This document shows positions 63,560-64,000 of a stretch of 64,000 nt of DNA, piece by piece. A program made the position numbers and the translations under genes. Position 1 is the stretch's first letter, and every line of letters starts with the position of its first letter. The DNA lies in NCBI RefSeq assembly GCF_988243305.1, contig NZ_OZ547136.1. One strand, 5' to 3'. The notes beneath the pieces are model-generated. The model had not been told where the DNA came from, did no database searches, and was given only the letters and a program-made list of their open reading frames with translations.

Positions 63560-64000
63560 ATGCGTAAAATTAAAGGGTTACGTTGGTATATGATCGCACT
63601 GGTGACGCTCGGCACCGTGCTTGGTTACCTGACGCGTAACACTGTGGCGGCAGCTGCGCCAACTCTGATGGAAGAGTTAAACATCTCCACCCAACAGTAT
63701 TCCTATATCATCGCAGCCTATTCTGCTGCTTATACGGTCATGCAACCGGTAGCAGGTTATGTACTGGATGTGCTGGGTACGAAAATCGGTTATGCAATGT
63801 TTGCTGTGCTGTGGGCCGTGTTCTGTGGTGCAACCGCGCTGGCAGGTAGCTGGGGCGGCCTGGCTGTTGCTCGTGGTGCGGTCGGTGCCGCGGAAGCAGC
63901 GATGATCCCGGCGGGTCTGAAAGCCAGCTCCGAATGGTTCCCGGCGAAAGAGCGTTCCATCGCGGTAGGTTACTTTAACGTAGGTTCTTCGATTGGTGCG
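63560..64000 (+). CDS. exuT: Hexuronate transporter, MFS (5' partial; runs off window end)
   Basis: ATG at 63560; MRKIKGLRWYMIALVTLGTVLGYLTRNTVAAAAPTLMEELN... Confidence 0.9.
   Translation, partial: MRKIKGLRWYMIALVTLGTVLGYLTRNTVAAAAPTLMEELNISTQQYSYIIAAYSAAYTVMQPVAGYVLDVLGTKIGYAMFAVLWAVFCGATALAGSWGGLAVARGAVGAAEAAMIPAGLKASSEWFPAKERSIAVGYFNVGSSIGA

Overview
This window is Escherichia coli chromosome from a non-K-12 strain, colinear with the K-12 ygiD-to-exuT region. All gene identifications are from reading the translations and genome order against memory; no database search was run. Note that the supplied ORF track begins many ORFs at upstream TTG/GTG codons, so several starts below were moved to the in-frame ATG that matches the known protein length (ygiD, zupT, ubiK, glgS, glnE, uppP, folB, ebgA, ygjP, ygjR, uxaC). 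Core content in order: assT-dsbL-dsbI, ygiD, zupT, ribB with its FMN riboswitch, ubiK, glgS, yqiJ-yqiK, a duplicated ibs/sib type I toxin-antitoxin locus, hldE, glnE, ygiF, ygiM, cca, uppP, folB, plsY, ttdR/ttdABT, tsaD, rpsU-dnaG-rpoD, mug, tRNA-Ile(CAU), yqjH/yqjI, aer, patA, ygjH, ebgRAC, ygjIJK, fadH, higA, rlmG, ygjPQR, alx with its Mn riboswitch-type leader, sstT, ygjV, uxaCA and the start of exuT. The most interesting part is a roughly 3.4 kb insertion between ygjK and fadH. It carries an unrecognised 513-aa ORF built from three diverged in-frame tandem repeats, followed by a 1432-bp IS3-family element (IS1397-like) inserted into a REP palindromic unit. Other departures from the expected layout: the higB toxin gene is internally deleted and its first ~35 codons are fused in frame to higA; a GC-rich, strongly structured ~230-bp element of unknown nature sits between alx and sstT; ubiK abuts glgS with no fimbrial cluster between them; and assT-dsbL-dsbI is present upstream of ygiD. 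No CRISPR array, prophage or integrase was seen.
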